DNA of 64,000 nucleotides from positions 64,001 to 128,000 of IMG/VR virus record IMGVR_UViG_3300028048_000065. The stretch is one strand, 5' to 3'. Below are positions 1 through 11,668 of the stretch, piece after piece. Under the pieces are notes generated by a model. That model ran no database searches and was not told where the DNA came from. It saw only the letters and a program-made list of their open reading frames with translations. This stretch comes from a virus. Lineage: Duplodnaviria; Caudoviricetes. How positions within the stretch are numbered: the first letter of the stretch is position 1; the number at the start of each line of letters is the position of its first letter. The position numbers were made by a program, and so were the translations under genes.

Positions 1-1264
1 GGATAATGATAAGCAAGATTTGCTTCTTGAAGTCCTACAATAGAATAGGCTAACGTATGAGCACTATTAAATCCATACCCTCGGTTCATACTAATAAGTA
101 CGTCCCATACATAGTGACATAATTTAGCACTTAAATTCTTTTTTCTAATATTATCATAGAACTCTTGCTGTAATTCAAGATAAGCTTTAGGATTCTTTTT
201 AGCAATACTTTTTCTTAGCTTATCTGCCCAAAGCAAGTCAAATCCACCTACTTCGGGGTCTTGAACAACCATCATAAAATCTTCCTGATTGGGCAACAGT
301 CCATAATTCTTTTCAGCGTATTTTTTTACTACTTCTTGCTCATGTTCTGTTAAACCATAATCAGTCATTTCTTTATACCAAAGTGTAATATCTTTTTTAA
401 ATCGACCAAATCTATCCAAGGGAGCTTCTGCCCGTGGTTCTGGAGCCATAAGTCTCATTACTGAATTTAAAGCAGAAAGGTCAGAAAGGCTTTCAGGTTT
501 GGCCACAGCAATAGCTTGATAACCTGTTTGCTTTTCCATTTGGAAAAAAGACATTACTTTATGTTCATTGAGCATATTCCAAATTTCAGGATTGTTTCGC
601 TCAATTTTATAAACGCCAAGATATTTTTCATAAGTATCTCTAATATTACCTTGGTCTTTAATATAACCATCTTCCATAAGAAGATTTAGACAAACGTGCT
701 CCTTTTGTAATGCGTCTATCGAAAGGAGGTCCCATTTGATGAGAGATACTTTTTCTGCGGCATGAAGGTCAAATTGAGTAATAATATCTCCACTTGCTGT
801 TTTCATCAGCGCAGCGTGGTCTACAACATCTGTTGCTGAAAGAATAACTCCTCCTGCATGACTACCAACACCACTAATTAAGCCCTCAATGTTTTGGGCA
901 ACTTCCCAAACATCTTTATATTGACCGTCCATAAGATTCTTAAATTCTTGATTGGGAGGAAGATTGTTTTCTTCGTCTCCATAATAAGTTTGTTTAAGAG
1001 TATACTGAATGCCACGTTCCTGACCAATAAATGAACCAAGAAATTGTCCTTCTTCTGAAGCGTAACCCAAACCTCGACAAGCTGTTTGCAAAGCACTTTT
1101 AGCTTTCATCGTAGAAAGTGTTTGAACTTTCATTACACGACGATTTCCAGCTTTTTGATTATCTCCACAATACTTATGTTGAAGTAAAGCTATAACATCA
1201 TCTCTATAAGCATTCTCAAAATCTACGTCCACATCCAAAGGACTTACACGTTTTGGATTTAAAA
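1..1264 (-). CDS. dnaE: DNA polymerase III alpha subunit, exon 2 (runs off the window edge)
   Basis: After splicing it reads RF-LNPKRVSPLDVDVDF (catalytic Asp motif), then GSHAGGV, KWDLLSI and FQME. No in-frame stop to base 1. Confidence 0.93.
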
Positions 1265-2180
1265 CACTCCGTTATTCCTAACGGGGTAGACTATATCTTA
1301 CTCTTTATAATTAACCTCAAAACCAAAATGTTTTCGATGCTCTCTAATTCTCATTGTTATTTCCTAACGAACACTTTTTCTGTTTTTCATCTTTGTATAT
1401 TTTTTATCTATTAGCCACTGAGCCGCTTCCGTTGTATTTGCAAACTCATAATATTCATTTTCTTTTTTGAAATACAAAGATTTAGAAAACTAATCCGCTG
1501 TAGAATAACGTTTAACATTGTTTTTATTTAAAATAGCATCTATCGTGCTATGGTCACACCGAATTGTTTTTGCTACTTTTCGAGCAGACTTTTCTTGATG
1601 ATAAAGATTTACAATTTCTTCTTCATCCCATTCATACAAAGAAATATCTTTACCCCGAATCGTAGAATTATATCCATTCTAATAACTATTATAAAACTTT
1701 ATCCAATATTTTTCTCTTTCATCTAACAAATTATTCTCAACTTCTTCTACTTCTTCAAATACAAAATTTTCAATTCCGTATTTTTTAAACGCTTTATATA
1801 AAACAAGCTAAGAAAAATAAGGTTTAGTATAATTATTTTTATGCTAAGAAAATCTTTTTTCTAAAGTTTTTATTGTCTATCCGATATAACATTTTTGATT
1901 AATTGTATTTGTAATTTTATAAATAAAACCCACAATGACCTCCTTTTTAAGAGGTTATTATAAAGAGTTCTCGCACTTCGGATGGAAGCGTCTCCACCCT
2001 AACCCTTACACTCATCAGGGATAGTCGTTACACCTTCCTATTTAAATAAACAGGCTTGGCACGGTATTACCCATTTGGGGTTCCACCGTTAGCAAACTTA
2101 TAAGTTCACACCGCTTGCTTAAGGCGTTCACGAGATTTTTTGTATCTATGTCACCATAGATAGGAAGCCTTTTATTTTTG
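1265..2180 (-). mobile_element. Group I intron in dnaE (916 nt)
   Basis: Exon 1 ends in U (AGGT at 2181) and the intron ends in G (1265). P1 is GGAGGUC/GGCUUCC with the U.G pair at the splice site. P7 motifs AACGACTAT (~2021-2029) and AAGATATAGTC (~1289-1299). Splicing restores HWRFLNP. Confidence 0.92.
1298..1933 (-). CDS. GIY-YIG homing endonuclease in the dnaE intron (absent from the ORF track)
   Basis: GTG start after AGGAGG. Reads MGFIYKITNTINQKCYIG(TAG)T; 211 aa with six in-frame TAG and two CGG; ends TAA. Confidence 0.88.
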
Positions 2181-3528
2181 ACCTCCAATGATACGTTTTT
2201 ACGTCTTCTTTTAAAGGATTAACTTGAGTAATACCTAAAATATAAAGAAGAATAAAACCAAGACCTGAGCCACGAGAGGGACCAACTAAACTACCAACTT
2301 CCCAACAAGCATTTACGAGGTCTCTGGTTTGTAATAAATAAGCAGACCAATGAGCTTTATTTGCTTCTGAGCTTGCTTTTACCGATTCAAGACACGTTTG
2401 AATTGCATCGTAAGTTTCTTTATTAGCTAATTCATCACTATCTTTTTCGATACGATTTACAATTTCTCGAACAAGATGTCGGTCTCCGTTAAAATCAGAT
2501 TTAACAAACCAATCTAACATTGGAATATATTTAACATATTTTTCGACTAATACTGGATTAGGCTCTGTTAAATCATCTGGCTCATAAGGAATTTCAAGAT
2601 TTGCAAACAAAGTATATTCTTGAACCATATTATAAATTAACATGGTATTATCAATACCCTGTTGTACTACTTTTGCTCCAAGATATTCATCCATATAAGA
2701 ATGAATTTCCTCTTCTGACATTACATAAGTTGAAGCGTAAAAATCTCCCACTTCACGCTCTTTTCCACTATCATCATTTGATTTGAGAAAAGCTTCGTGA
2801 ATAGGTCTATCTTCTTTTTTAAGATAATGAGCATCAGTAGTGATAACATAAGGAATATCAAGTTCTTTTGACAATTCAATATAAGCTTGATTAACAATTT
2901 TTTGTTCTTCTTGAATAGACGGTTGTAATTCAAGAAAAAAATTCCCATGTCCAAAACACTGGTCCATTCGAGACAGCCATTTTCTTACCTTATGATAATC
3001 TGGTTGCGAAGGATTTTCCTTATATGCTTGAAGAATCAACTTGGGCGCAAATCCACCTAAACAACCTGTCGAAGCCACTAAATGCCCTCTATTAGCTTCA
3101 ACAACTTCAAATAAATCGTCATAATAAGTAGGAGTACGAATATTAACCCAAGTAAATGAATTATCAATCCATGCTCTTGTACTCAATTCACGAATTTGTT
3201 TATGTCCAACTTCATCTTTCGCAATAAGAATAAAATGATAGAAAACATAATCCTTGTCTTCTTCAATTACTTTACGACTACAAAGATAAATCTCATTACC
3301 AAGAATTAATTTGTAATCTTTCCATTTTTCGGGGTCTTTCTCATGAAACTCTGCCATTTGCGTAAGCGCATTAACATGAGCTGCGACAGAATCATGGTCT
3401 GTAATAGCTACCCCTTTGTGTCCTACCTAAAGCGTGTATTCGAGAAGTCCTTTAATAGTATTAGTGCTATCAAGGAATCCGCGAATGTTTGACCCATTAT
3501 CAGTATGATTATGTAAACCTACAAACAT
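2181..3528 (-). CDS. dnaE: DNA polymerase III alpha subunit, exon 1 (PHP domain)
   Basis: MFVGLHNHTD...AITDHD...TTDAHY...GPSRGSG. One in-frame TAG at 3427-3429, inside the PHP domain. Confidence 0.93.
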
Positions 3529-3564
3529 TCGATTATTCTTCTCCTTTCTCATAAATTTGTCTAT

Positions 3565-3593
3565 ATTATATCACGTCTAAGTATATCTGTCAA
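3565..3593 (-). promoter_or_regulatory. Consensus sigma70/sigmaA promoter upstream of dnaE
   Basis: TTGACA-17 nt-TATAAT on the minus strand. Confidence 0.8.
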
Positions 3594-3620
3594 GGGAAAC
3601 TTCCTATAAGAAAGTTTCCC
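3594..3620 (-). terminator. Probable intrinsic terminator after recJ
   Basis: Inverted repeat GGGAAACTT...AAGTTTCCC just downstream of the recJ stop. Confidence 0.55.
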
Positions 3621-3655
3621 TATATAGTTCAAAAGTTCATAACTTTAAAATCTTT

Positions 3656-4309
3656 TTAGAAATAGAAATCGTCCCGATACTCATCAGCATCAATTTTCTT
3701 TTCTTCCTTTTGTGCAATAGGCGTTGCGTTTTTTGCAACAACCTTTTTATTTTTAGATGTAGATTCTTCAATCTCAGACCAATCTCCACCAGCCATTTTT
3801 TGCTTATCAGCTTCATTAGCCTCAAGGTCTTCTTCAACATCATAATAAAGAATCTTTACAACAGGATAATTTTTATCCTCATATTTTTCATACTGGAACT
3901 CACCAATAACATTCATCAAAAGATTCTTTTTACTAACCCCAAATCCGACTCTATCTTTCATAGTCATGGTATCAAATTCGCCAGCAGCACAATACTTCTT
4001 AACAAAAGAAATATTATTAGCCTTAAAACGAATAAAAGTCTTAGCTCCATTTGGACCAGACCGAGTAATCTGACTTGCATTTACCCTGATACCAGTAATG
4101 GCGAAAGTAGGAGATGGAACAGTATTACCCCAGATAGCATAATTTTCTGCGACCTCTGAGATATATTCTTTCTTCAAATCAGCCAAGTCTACTTGCCAAT
4201 CAACCTGATGAATTGTAACAAGAGAATCAATAGGAAGTAACTCATCACACTTAGCTTGAATTTCAGAAAGCTTACTTTTTTCTATACGAATACCAGCGGC
4301 GTTCGAATG
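3656..4309 (-). CDS. recJ: RecJ-like DHH exonuclease, exon 2
   Basis: Begins HSNAAGIR, completing the DHHA1 GHxxAAG motif. In frame with ORF 3656..4186; ends TAA. Confidence 0.88.
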   Translation of the reverse strand, partial: HSNAAGIRIEKSKLSEIQAKCDELLPIDSLVTIHQVDWQVDLADLKKEYISEVAENYAIWGNTVPSPTFAITGIRVNASQITRSGPNGAKTFIRFKANNISFVKKYCAAGEFDTMTMKDRVGFGVSKKNLLMNVIGEFQYEKYEDKNYPVVKILYYDVEEDLEANEADKQKMAGGDWSEIEESTSKNKKVVAKNATPIAQKEEKKIDADEYRDDFYF

Positions 4310-5160
4310 CGTGTTATTCCATTATTTCTAATGGCACAGACTATCTCTTACTTAATTAGTTAATTAAGCACACCCATTTCGAATTGCGTATCAATAGCAA
4401 TTCTACTTCCTTTTCAGGAATAGTCGTTACAGGATTAATCATTTTTTATTAAAAAATACAATACGAAATTATATCTTCGTAATAACGAAAGCGAAAGCCA
4501 TTTACTTTCTTTTGAGAAGAATTTCCGCGACACACTTCTGCAACTCTGTTGCCATTTTTTGCATTAGCATCTACACTCTATTCTGCTTCTTTACAATTTT
4601 TAAAAATTTTTCCAGTCTCTAAACAAATTACTTCTCTCTCCAAAGGATTATGTTCTGTTAAAAAAGACCCGTTTTCTAAATTATATTGACGAATTTTTTC
4701 TTTTGTTTTTTCAGACAAAGGAGAATTATGTCCTCCTTTCTGAATATTATAACCTTTTCCAGTTACGACTTCTGATTCATATTCTTCAATATAATAAAAT
4801 TCATAAAAATTGGCTTCTTCTAAAGTCAAGTTTTCTTTTAATATTTCAGTTTCAAAATTATCCCAACCATATTTTAAAATAGCAAAAGCAAAAGCAGGTT
4901 GTGCATATTCTCCATTTTTCTTTTTAGATAAATATCCAGACCCCTAATTTCCTATTCTCTTTTTTAAATTAGAAGTCTATCCAATATAACTTTTTCCATT
5001 TATTTTATTTATATGACGATAAATTAAATACATTATTCTCCCTTCCTTATTAATGATTTTCCCACGGGATTACCATCGACTTTACGTTAAGGCTTCCCCG
5101 TTAGCACTTTATTAAGTACCCCGTTGATGAGACGGAAAAGGTGTGTACAGGCCACATTTG
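4310..5160 (-). mobile_element. Group I intron in recJ (851 nt)
   Basis: Exon ends GGT and the intron ends G. P1 is GGUCA/UGGCC with U.G. AACGACTAT (~4420-4428) and GATAGTC (~4339-4345) are present. Splicing restores VHG-HSNAAG. Confidence 0.92.
4449..5033 (-). CDS. GIY-YIG/NUMOD1 homing endonuclease in the recJ intron
   Basis: MYLIYRHINKINGKSYIG(TAG)TSNL...GYNIQKGG...VICLETGKIF; three TAG; ends TAA. Confidence 0.87.
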
Positions 5161-6555
5161 ACCATGAACAATAACTCCTGCTTTTTCAAGTAAAGTTTTT
5201 AAATCAGAAACATTGCCTTGAGAATAATTTCTCATCGAACCACCAAATTCATCATCTGAAAAATTGCGCATTAAAACTGTTGGACGATGATATTTTGTGG
5301 CAATTTTTGCAGCAACCAAACCACTTACAGTTTTCTTATCAATTACATTACTACAATCAACAAATAAAATACTTCTTTTATTTGCTTCTGTCTTTTTAAT
5401 GATTTCCTCAACTTTTTCCATGAATGAACGTACTGCTGTATCTTGTCTACTCTTTACATTACAACAAGTCCTTGCCATATCCCATTGAAGAGTATGCTCT
5501 TTTGGTTCTGGTACAGGGTCATTCTTGCTCTTACGTCGAGGTTTATAAATTATTGTTTCTTGCTCTCCGCGAATAGCACGACACATATTAACAATTTCTT
5601 CTTCTGTGCCATATCTAAATACGCCATTAATTTTAGGAGCAATAGTCCAGCCCATAGAACTAATAGTTCTACCATAAGGCATTTCGTCAGCCAAACGGTC
5701 ACAAAGCTCTTTAATGAAATCATTATGCCAATAGAACTCTTTTAGTCCCTCAAGCATATACCATCTTGCTTCAAGCTTCATGCTGTCCATTCCGTCTGCT
5801 ATCTCAGCAAGTGAAACAAGCTCCATAATATTGTCGAGAATTTCTGTATTAACATTATATTTTTCACAATAGGCTTCTGCAAATTTCATTACAACTCCTG
5901 TACCACAAATCGCAGTACAAGGATACTGACCATCTGTACTATTTACAGGCAAACAATAATTTACATAACAATCCGTATGAAAACGAGTCTTATATTCAGA
6001 CGGGTTCTCTTTATAAATAGAAATTGCCTTTTCTCTATCCATCCATTCGCCAGTCCAAGTATCTTGAGTCTCAGATGAAACTAAATGGTGGTCGAGAACT
6101 AAAATAGGAGCAGAAAAATTCCTTGTGATTTCAATAGCATCTTTAGCTTCCATTGATGCATCTGGAATTATAATCAATCCAAATTCATCTTTTGTAAAAT
6201 TTGCTAACTTACTCATAGTAAGTCCGTGGTCTTTCTGGAAAGCGTAAGTATAGTCTAACTTAACATCAGGTTTAATATATTTAAGAATCTGAGTTAAGGC
6301 AGAACTTGCCATTGCACCATCACAATCTCCATCCACATAAATTAGAATTTTACAATCTTCTTTTAATTTATCATGGACTAATTCTACAGCTTTATCCATA
6401 TTCTTCATCAAGAATGGGTCATTCAACTCACTTCTGACAGGATGAACAAAACTCTTTATGTCTGTAATACCATAGCTTTCAAGAAGAGTATCTAAGAAAT
6501 CTACTTCTTCCTTAAACTAAGTATTAAATCTTGTCTTCCATTGTAACTTTTTCAT
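5161..6555 (-). CDS. recJ: RecJ-like DHH exonuclease, exon 1
   Basis: DGDCDG, PDAS, LDHH, GTGV, APKING and GGSMR motifs. True ATG at 6555 with one TAG at codon 13. Confidence 0.9.
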
Positions 6556-6583
6556 TTATTATTTATCCTCGTCTACATAATTA

Positions 6584-7789
6584 TCACCCTTGATTCCACT
6601 TCAACTTATTCATATCAAACTTTTCTGCACTTGCGAATAACTTTTGAAATGTTTCTTTACCTTCATCAAAAGGAGAATCTTTGATTTTAAGTTTACCCTC
6701 TTTATCTTTGATAATATAAACTGCAAAACCCATTCCAGCTAATTTTGAAGCAATGGAAATAATTTTGTTTTTATACATCTCAAAGTCTCTTTTAGTTGCA
6801 GGATTGCTATTGTACTCCTTAACTGCTTTAGAGTCAAACTCGTCAAAGTCTTTATCAAATCCAAGGTAAACCTGTCTTACGCCAAGGTCTCCTAAAAGAT
6901 TAGCTTGCTTATTAGAAACAGAGAAGCCACAAGTAGCTACAGCAATACTATTCTTACCGAAATAAGTATCTGAAAGCAAAACACTTTTTTCTCCCTCAAC
7001 AATAATAGCTTTGCCACGTTCTTCTATTGCGGCTTTATTTTCATAAAGGCCATATAGATTCAGACCTAAAGAATGCCCATAATCTTTACCCTCAATAAAT
7101 TCAGGCATATATTTATTATTTTTATCTTCTGGTTTGAGACTTCTGCGACGAATACCAATTAACTGTCCATCTTCATTTCGATGTGGAATAATAATATGCT
7201 TTTGATATTCATACCATTTAATTCCATACTTTTTCATGGATTTTTCTGAAATGCCCTCTTTGAGCCATCCATCATAAATCTTATTTTCAAAATAGTTTAA
7301 AATTGTTTCGTCTTGAATAATTTTGTTATTGATATTTTCGTTTTGATTTTTAATTTTTTCGCGCCAATCTCCCCAACCAGAAATACTCATACTATCTTCA
7401 AGGGTTCTCATATCGTCTCTATCATCTTTACGATAAGTACCAAAACCCTTTTCTTGAGTTGATTTTAACCCAACTTTATCGGCGATATAAAGAATAACAC
7501 CCTTATAAAAGTCTTTATCTCTTACATTTCTAATTCTTTTAATCCCCTCAAAAAAGCTCATTGCTCCACATGAAGTATAGCAGAAAAAGTTTTTTGACTG
7601 AGTGAAATAACAGAGTTTAGGTTTAGAACCTCCATGACAAATAGTTTTAAACCACAAAAGCTGCTGTCCAGTTGAACCATCTCTGCTTGTATGATTTAAA
7701 GGAGCGCCGTTTTCATCCATTATTTCAATCACAATCTCAGGTGTAACACGTTTTAATAATTCGTCTTTATCTATCATAATGTTAACCAA
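6584..7789 (-). CDS. dnaG: DNA primase (Zn finger + TOPRIM)
   Basis: CHGG...CYTSC Zn-binding region, IIPH...GIRRR, VEGEKS and GFDKD TOPRIM motifs; adjacent to the helicase. Confidence 0.85.
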   Translation of the reverse strand: MVNIMIDKDELLKRVTPEIVIEIMDENGAPLNHTSRDGSTGQQLLWFKTICHGGSKPKLCYFTQSKNFFCYTSCGAMSFFEGIKRIRNVRDKDFYKGVILYIADKVGLKSTQEKGFGTYRKDDRDDMRTLEDSMSISGWGDWREKIKNQNENINNKIIQDETILNYFENKIYDGWLKEGISEKSMKKYGIKWYEYQKHIIIPHRNEDGQLIGIRRRSLKPEDKNNKYMPEFIEGKDYGHSLGLNLYGLYENKAAIEERGKAIIVEGEKSVLLSDTYFGKNSIAVATCGFSVSNKQANLLGDLGVRQVYLGFDKDFDEFDSKAVKEYNSNPATKRDFEMYKNKIISIASKLAGMGFAVYIIKDKEGKLKIKDSPFDEGKETFQKLFASAEKFDMNKLKWNQG

Positions 7790-7800
7790 AGGAGAGGATT

Positions 7801-9006
7801 TTACTCCTCTTCCTCAATTTCACTAAATTTATCTACCGGCCAACCATCATTATCAAAATCTTCTCTGGTTACTTTAGTAGAATACATATTTTCTTCATTT
7901 TCTTTTTCAAGGTCAAGCCTTGTTTGGAGTTTTTTACTCACAACAGAAGTTACCTCACCAGACACCATAGCTTCTTTTATAGCTTTTTCGGCTGGGTCAT
8001 CTCCACCAGTTTCATCAGAATAAATAGCTTCATATTTAGTAGGCTTTGTTAATTTTGTGGTATCTCCATTAGAAGTCTCTTTTGCAGAAATGCCTGTTGC
8101 TACAACAGGGACATCTTCTTTATGTCTACTATAATTGACAATGCCATCTTCATTTACTGAAACAAATGTTTCAGGCAAAAATGCCTTATCAATAAGTTTA
8201 TTATCATAATCTGTACAAAATAGGTCAGATACACGCATAGTAGAATAATCTACATACAGCCAAACTTTGACATTTACATATTTGCCACCACGATTCTTAT
8301 AAATCGCATAATAAACATTTGGTTTTTGTCCGCCAAAACGATTCTTTAGAATTGGGTCAATCTTCTTAAGTTCTGCAACAGTAGGACGCATCATAAGTCC
8401 TGCAATATCTGCCTTATCTGCAAGAGCTTTAGAACCACGAATAATAGTCTGGTCTCGATTATTTTCATTTTTCCAATCACCTGAAACCTGAGTCCAAGTA
8501 TCAAGACTTATATCATATTTGCGAGTAAGTTCTTTTAATTTTGTACCAACATTGGCAAGAACTTGGTCTTCACGGAGTTGCATCTTGGCTTTAGCTTCTC
8601 CTTGAAATTCTGCAATAAGGTCTGTTGTAATATGAATATAATCAAAATAAACGTGTCTTACATTCTTTTGAAGAACATATTTTTCTATAGTTTGTTCAAG
8701 AGTAGAAATATCGTAATCAGGGACATATTCAAGATAAATTTGACTTCTATCCAAAACATCAATAGCATAAAGAACTCGTTCATATTCACCATCCGCATAA
8801 GTGTAATCCATAATGTGGTCCTGTGGAACATCTGCAATATAAGCCAACATAATAGGCTCAACTTCATCTATAAGTTCCATCTCAGTTCCAATATAAAGGA
8901 CTGCATTTTGAGTCCCGTGAGGATTTGGAACAAATTTCTTTAGCTTATTATCATAATATTCTACTGCAAAAGTATGACAAATGTTTGAAATTGACTGACG
9001 GGTTTT
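7801..9006 (-). CDS. dnaB: Replicative DnaB-like helicase, exon 2
   Basis: Begins KTRQ (completing Walker A), then YIGTEM, YFDYIH, TQV, IRGSKALADKAD and KNRGG. Confidence 0.88.
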   Translation of the reverse strand, partial: KTRQSISNICHTFAVEYYDNKLKKFVPNPHGTQNAVLYIGTEMELIDEVEPIMLAYIADVPQDHIMDYTYADGEYERVLYAIDVLDRSQIYLEYVPDYDISTLEQTIEKYVLQKNVRHVYFDYIHITTDLIAEFQGEAKAKMQLREDQVLANVGTKLKELTRKYDISLDTWTQVSGDWKNENNRDQTIIRGSKALADKADIAGLMMRPTVAELKKIDPILKNRFGGQKPNVYYAIYKNRGGKYVNVKVWLYVDYSTMRVSDLFCTDYDNKLIDKAFLPETFVSVNEDGIVNYSRHKEDVPVVATGISAKETSNGDTTKLTKPTKYEAIYSDETGGDDPAEKAIKEAMVSGEVTSVVSKKLQTRLDLEKENEENMYSTKVTREDFDNDGWPVDKFSEIEEEE

Positions 9007-10132
9007 CGATTATGTTATCGTAAGGCTTTTTATCCTTACTTCTACAACATTACATTGTAGTCCAGCATATCTTTTCACGCTTTACCGATGCGTGGTGCGG
9101 CCTCGTGGGAAGATTATATCTTTTCACTTCCTATGCGTTGCCCCTGACTAAATTATATTTAGCCTTCGGTTCTGGTTGCCTGTGTAAAAACACTTTACGG
9201 TTTTCCAGCTTAATTCCGCACTAATAATATTAAATCTTCTTATTCGGTTTGATTTAATACGGCATTTTTTAATTTCATTATTTCTTTTAATTCTAAATAT
9301 CTTTGATATTTTCGGTCTAAATAAATAGTTGCATTTTCATAAAGAGTTTCTAACATTTCAAAGGTTTTGTAAGAATGCCATTCCATTTGAAAAGCTTTAT
9401 TGTTTTGTTTTGAACGTAATGCTTTACATTCCCAACTCATTGCTTTTACCAAATTAAGTAAAAAATCTGCGGATGCACAAGTAATATTTAATCGTGGATA
9501 ACAAGCTTTTTCTGATTGTATATCTATTCCTATATATCCATCTCCATCAACAAAACCACGAACAAAATGACGTATTAAATTTTGAGGTAAAGTTTCTTCG
9601 GATGGAAATTTTAATTTAAAAGTTTTTTGCGGAATACAACCTTTATCAATTAAATCTTCATGTATCTTTTTTCTATTGATTGAAAAAGTTGCTGTAGGAT
9701 ATTCTTTTACTTCATCTGTATTTTTATTATATAAACAAACTTTCTTAAAGCCTATTTTATTAGGAGCATTTAAAAACTTTTTAAATTTATATAAATGGTT
9801 TCTATCTTCTTCTTTTAAACTAATAGATACAGTAAATCTATCTTTTGCTACATATCCATCAGCATACAAAAAACCCAGCCAATACGCTTTTTCTTCCGTG
9901 TCGATTTTCTCAAAAACACTTTCGTCTATGCAACTTTCATTTTGATAATTATGGACTTCAAATCCCAAATCTTTAATTTGTTTTGTAAAATGTCCACGCC
10001 CTATATGAAACATTTCACAAAGTTTAACTAAAGAAATATTATTGTTCAATAAATATTGATAAGCTTCTTCATATTTCTAAATCATTTTTCTCCTTTCTTT
10101 TGAAATTAAAATTTTTAATGAAATTAAATTTT
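9007..10132 (-). mobile_element. Group I intron in the dnaB Walker A motif (1126 nt)
   Basis: Exon ends GGT and the intron ends G; splicing gives AGTGTG-KT. Core at ~9007-9235 has a variant P7 (AACGCAT...GATATGC). The ORF sits in the P1 loop. Confidence 0.88.
9240..10085 (-). CDS. LAGLIDADG homing endonuclease in the dnaB intron
   Basis: YWLGFLYADG and HFVRGFVDGDG motifs. ATG at 10085 after AGGAG, with TAG at codon 3. Confidence 0.88.
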
Positions 10133-10831
10133 ACCTGTTCCCGTGCCAGCAGACATCATATTAAAATGTCTTGGTTTCATACCGCCAGTAATAGTTGTAT
10201 AAAAATTACTGGAATAACTTAAGCCATAACTACCCCCATTTTTACGGTCTTCAACAAACTTTTGAAGCTCGGCTCCACCAGCTTTAACACTATCACGACC
10301 AGCTTTAGTTGTATAATCAAGTGTGGTGCTCATAAGTTTCTGGCGGATTTTAAGAAGAATATCATCTGTTGTCATTTTAACAAATTCTTTCTTCTTGTTT
10401 TCTCCCTCATCATCGTCAAACTCATTTGGGTCATAAATATCAGTTACATCAATACCCTGATTCATAAGAGAACGAAGCAAAGAAAATTTTCTAAGCTCGT
10501 TATAGTTAGCTTCAAAGTTCATAGGATGACATTTTGTAACTGCCTGACCCACAAAGTTATCCCGCTGACTTCTTTGATAAATTCGATAAAATGTAGGATA
10601 GTTTTTGGAGAGACATTCGTTGATAATGTTAATATCAATGAACTCTACTCTTTTTGCCCAGAGATATTTAACCGCAGTTAAAACAGCTTGAGCTACAAGA
10701 TTCGTAAAATCCGTTTTCTCAAGCCTATGCCCCGCAAGTAAATCTGGCTTCTAAATAATACAGCCAATAACTTCAAGGGCAGCAATACGAGAATTATAAT
10801 CGTCTTGGTCGAAATTTATTTTACTTGCCAC
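10133..10831 (-). CDS. dnaB: Replicative DnaB-like helicase, exon 1
   Basis: GTG start after GGGGAG; one TAG at codon 27; ends at the Walker A motif SAGTGTG. Confidence 0.85.
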
Positions 10832-11571
10832 GAATCTGTCTCCCCTTTATAAAGTAATAAATCCTCTTCATTGAGGTCTTCTGGTAAAATCTCATCTGTA
10901 AAATAAGACTCTTCCTCTTCTTTTGCTCTTTCAGCTTCCCAAAGTTCTTTGCGTTGCTTCAAAAATTCTTTATCATAATCAGCGTCCCAAATAAAAGCAT
11001 CAAAATCCAACTCATCAATATCGCCATCATAATCTTCTGGAATCACTCGATGTTCACGAAGAGCTCTTTTCTCTTCATCTGCAATACGAGCTTTTTCAAG
11101 GTCAGAACGATTGATAACAACTTGATGAACTGGGAAATCTAAACTTTCATCTATCTTTTCTTGTGTAGAACTCTGGTCTAATTCTTCACAACTTGCCCAA
11201 AAGAATTTAGCTTGAAGATAGTAAGAAGTTACCAGTTTAATTAAATCCATTTCTGTTTGCATTCTCCGAGGTTTATTTTTCTCGTACTCATTAATATATT
11301 TAAGAGTCCAAAGAACCTTAGAGGCATCCATATGATAGCCTTTTTTAAGAATACTTACAGGAACAGACATTTTTTTGGGGTCTAAGACACCATCGTAGCC
11401 CATTGTAAAAAAGATATAATTAAAGAGATTTTTATAATCTTCCGCTCTTTGACGGCGAATTGTTCCGCAACTTGGACAATAGTTCTTTTGCGAAACAACT
11501 ATCTTTAGCTCAGATGGATACTAAAGACCGCATTGAGCACAAGTAAAAACTCTATTTGGCTTTCTACCGAT
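10816..11571 (-). CDS. Zn-finger replication-associated protein (possible helicase loader)
   Basis: Extends upstream of ORF 10816..11403 through one TAG to CAQC...CPSC. No in-frame ATG/GTG/TTG near the GGGGTG RBS, so the start (ATC/ATT) is uncertain. Confidence 0.55.
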
Positions 11572-11668
11572 AATAACACCCCATTTCTGTAAAATTATAC
11601 TTAGAAAAACAAAGGAGAAAGGATTCAGCTTGTTTACTTTCTCCAATCTCCTTTGTGTTAGTTAATTA

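Noticed and set aside
2182-2184. AGG reassignment (as reported in some Bacilli)
   Set aside because: AGG encodes the conserved Arg of DnaE RFLNP and the catalytic Arg of the tyrosine recombinase.
1265-10132. Inteins as the explanation for endonucleases in dnaE, recJ and dnaB
   Set aside because: The inserts contain true stops and non-coding flanks with group I RNA motifs, and the ORFs have their own RBS.
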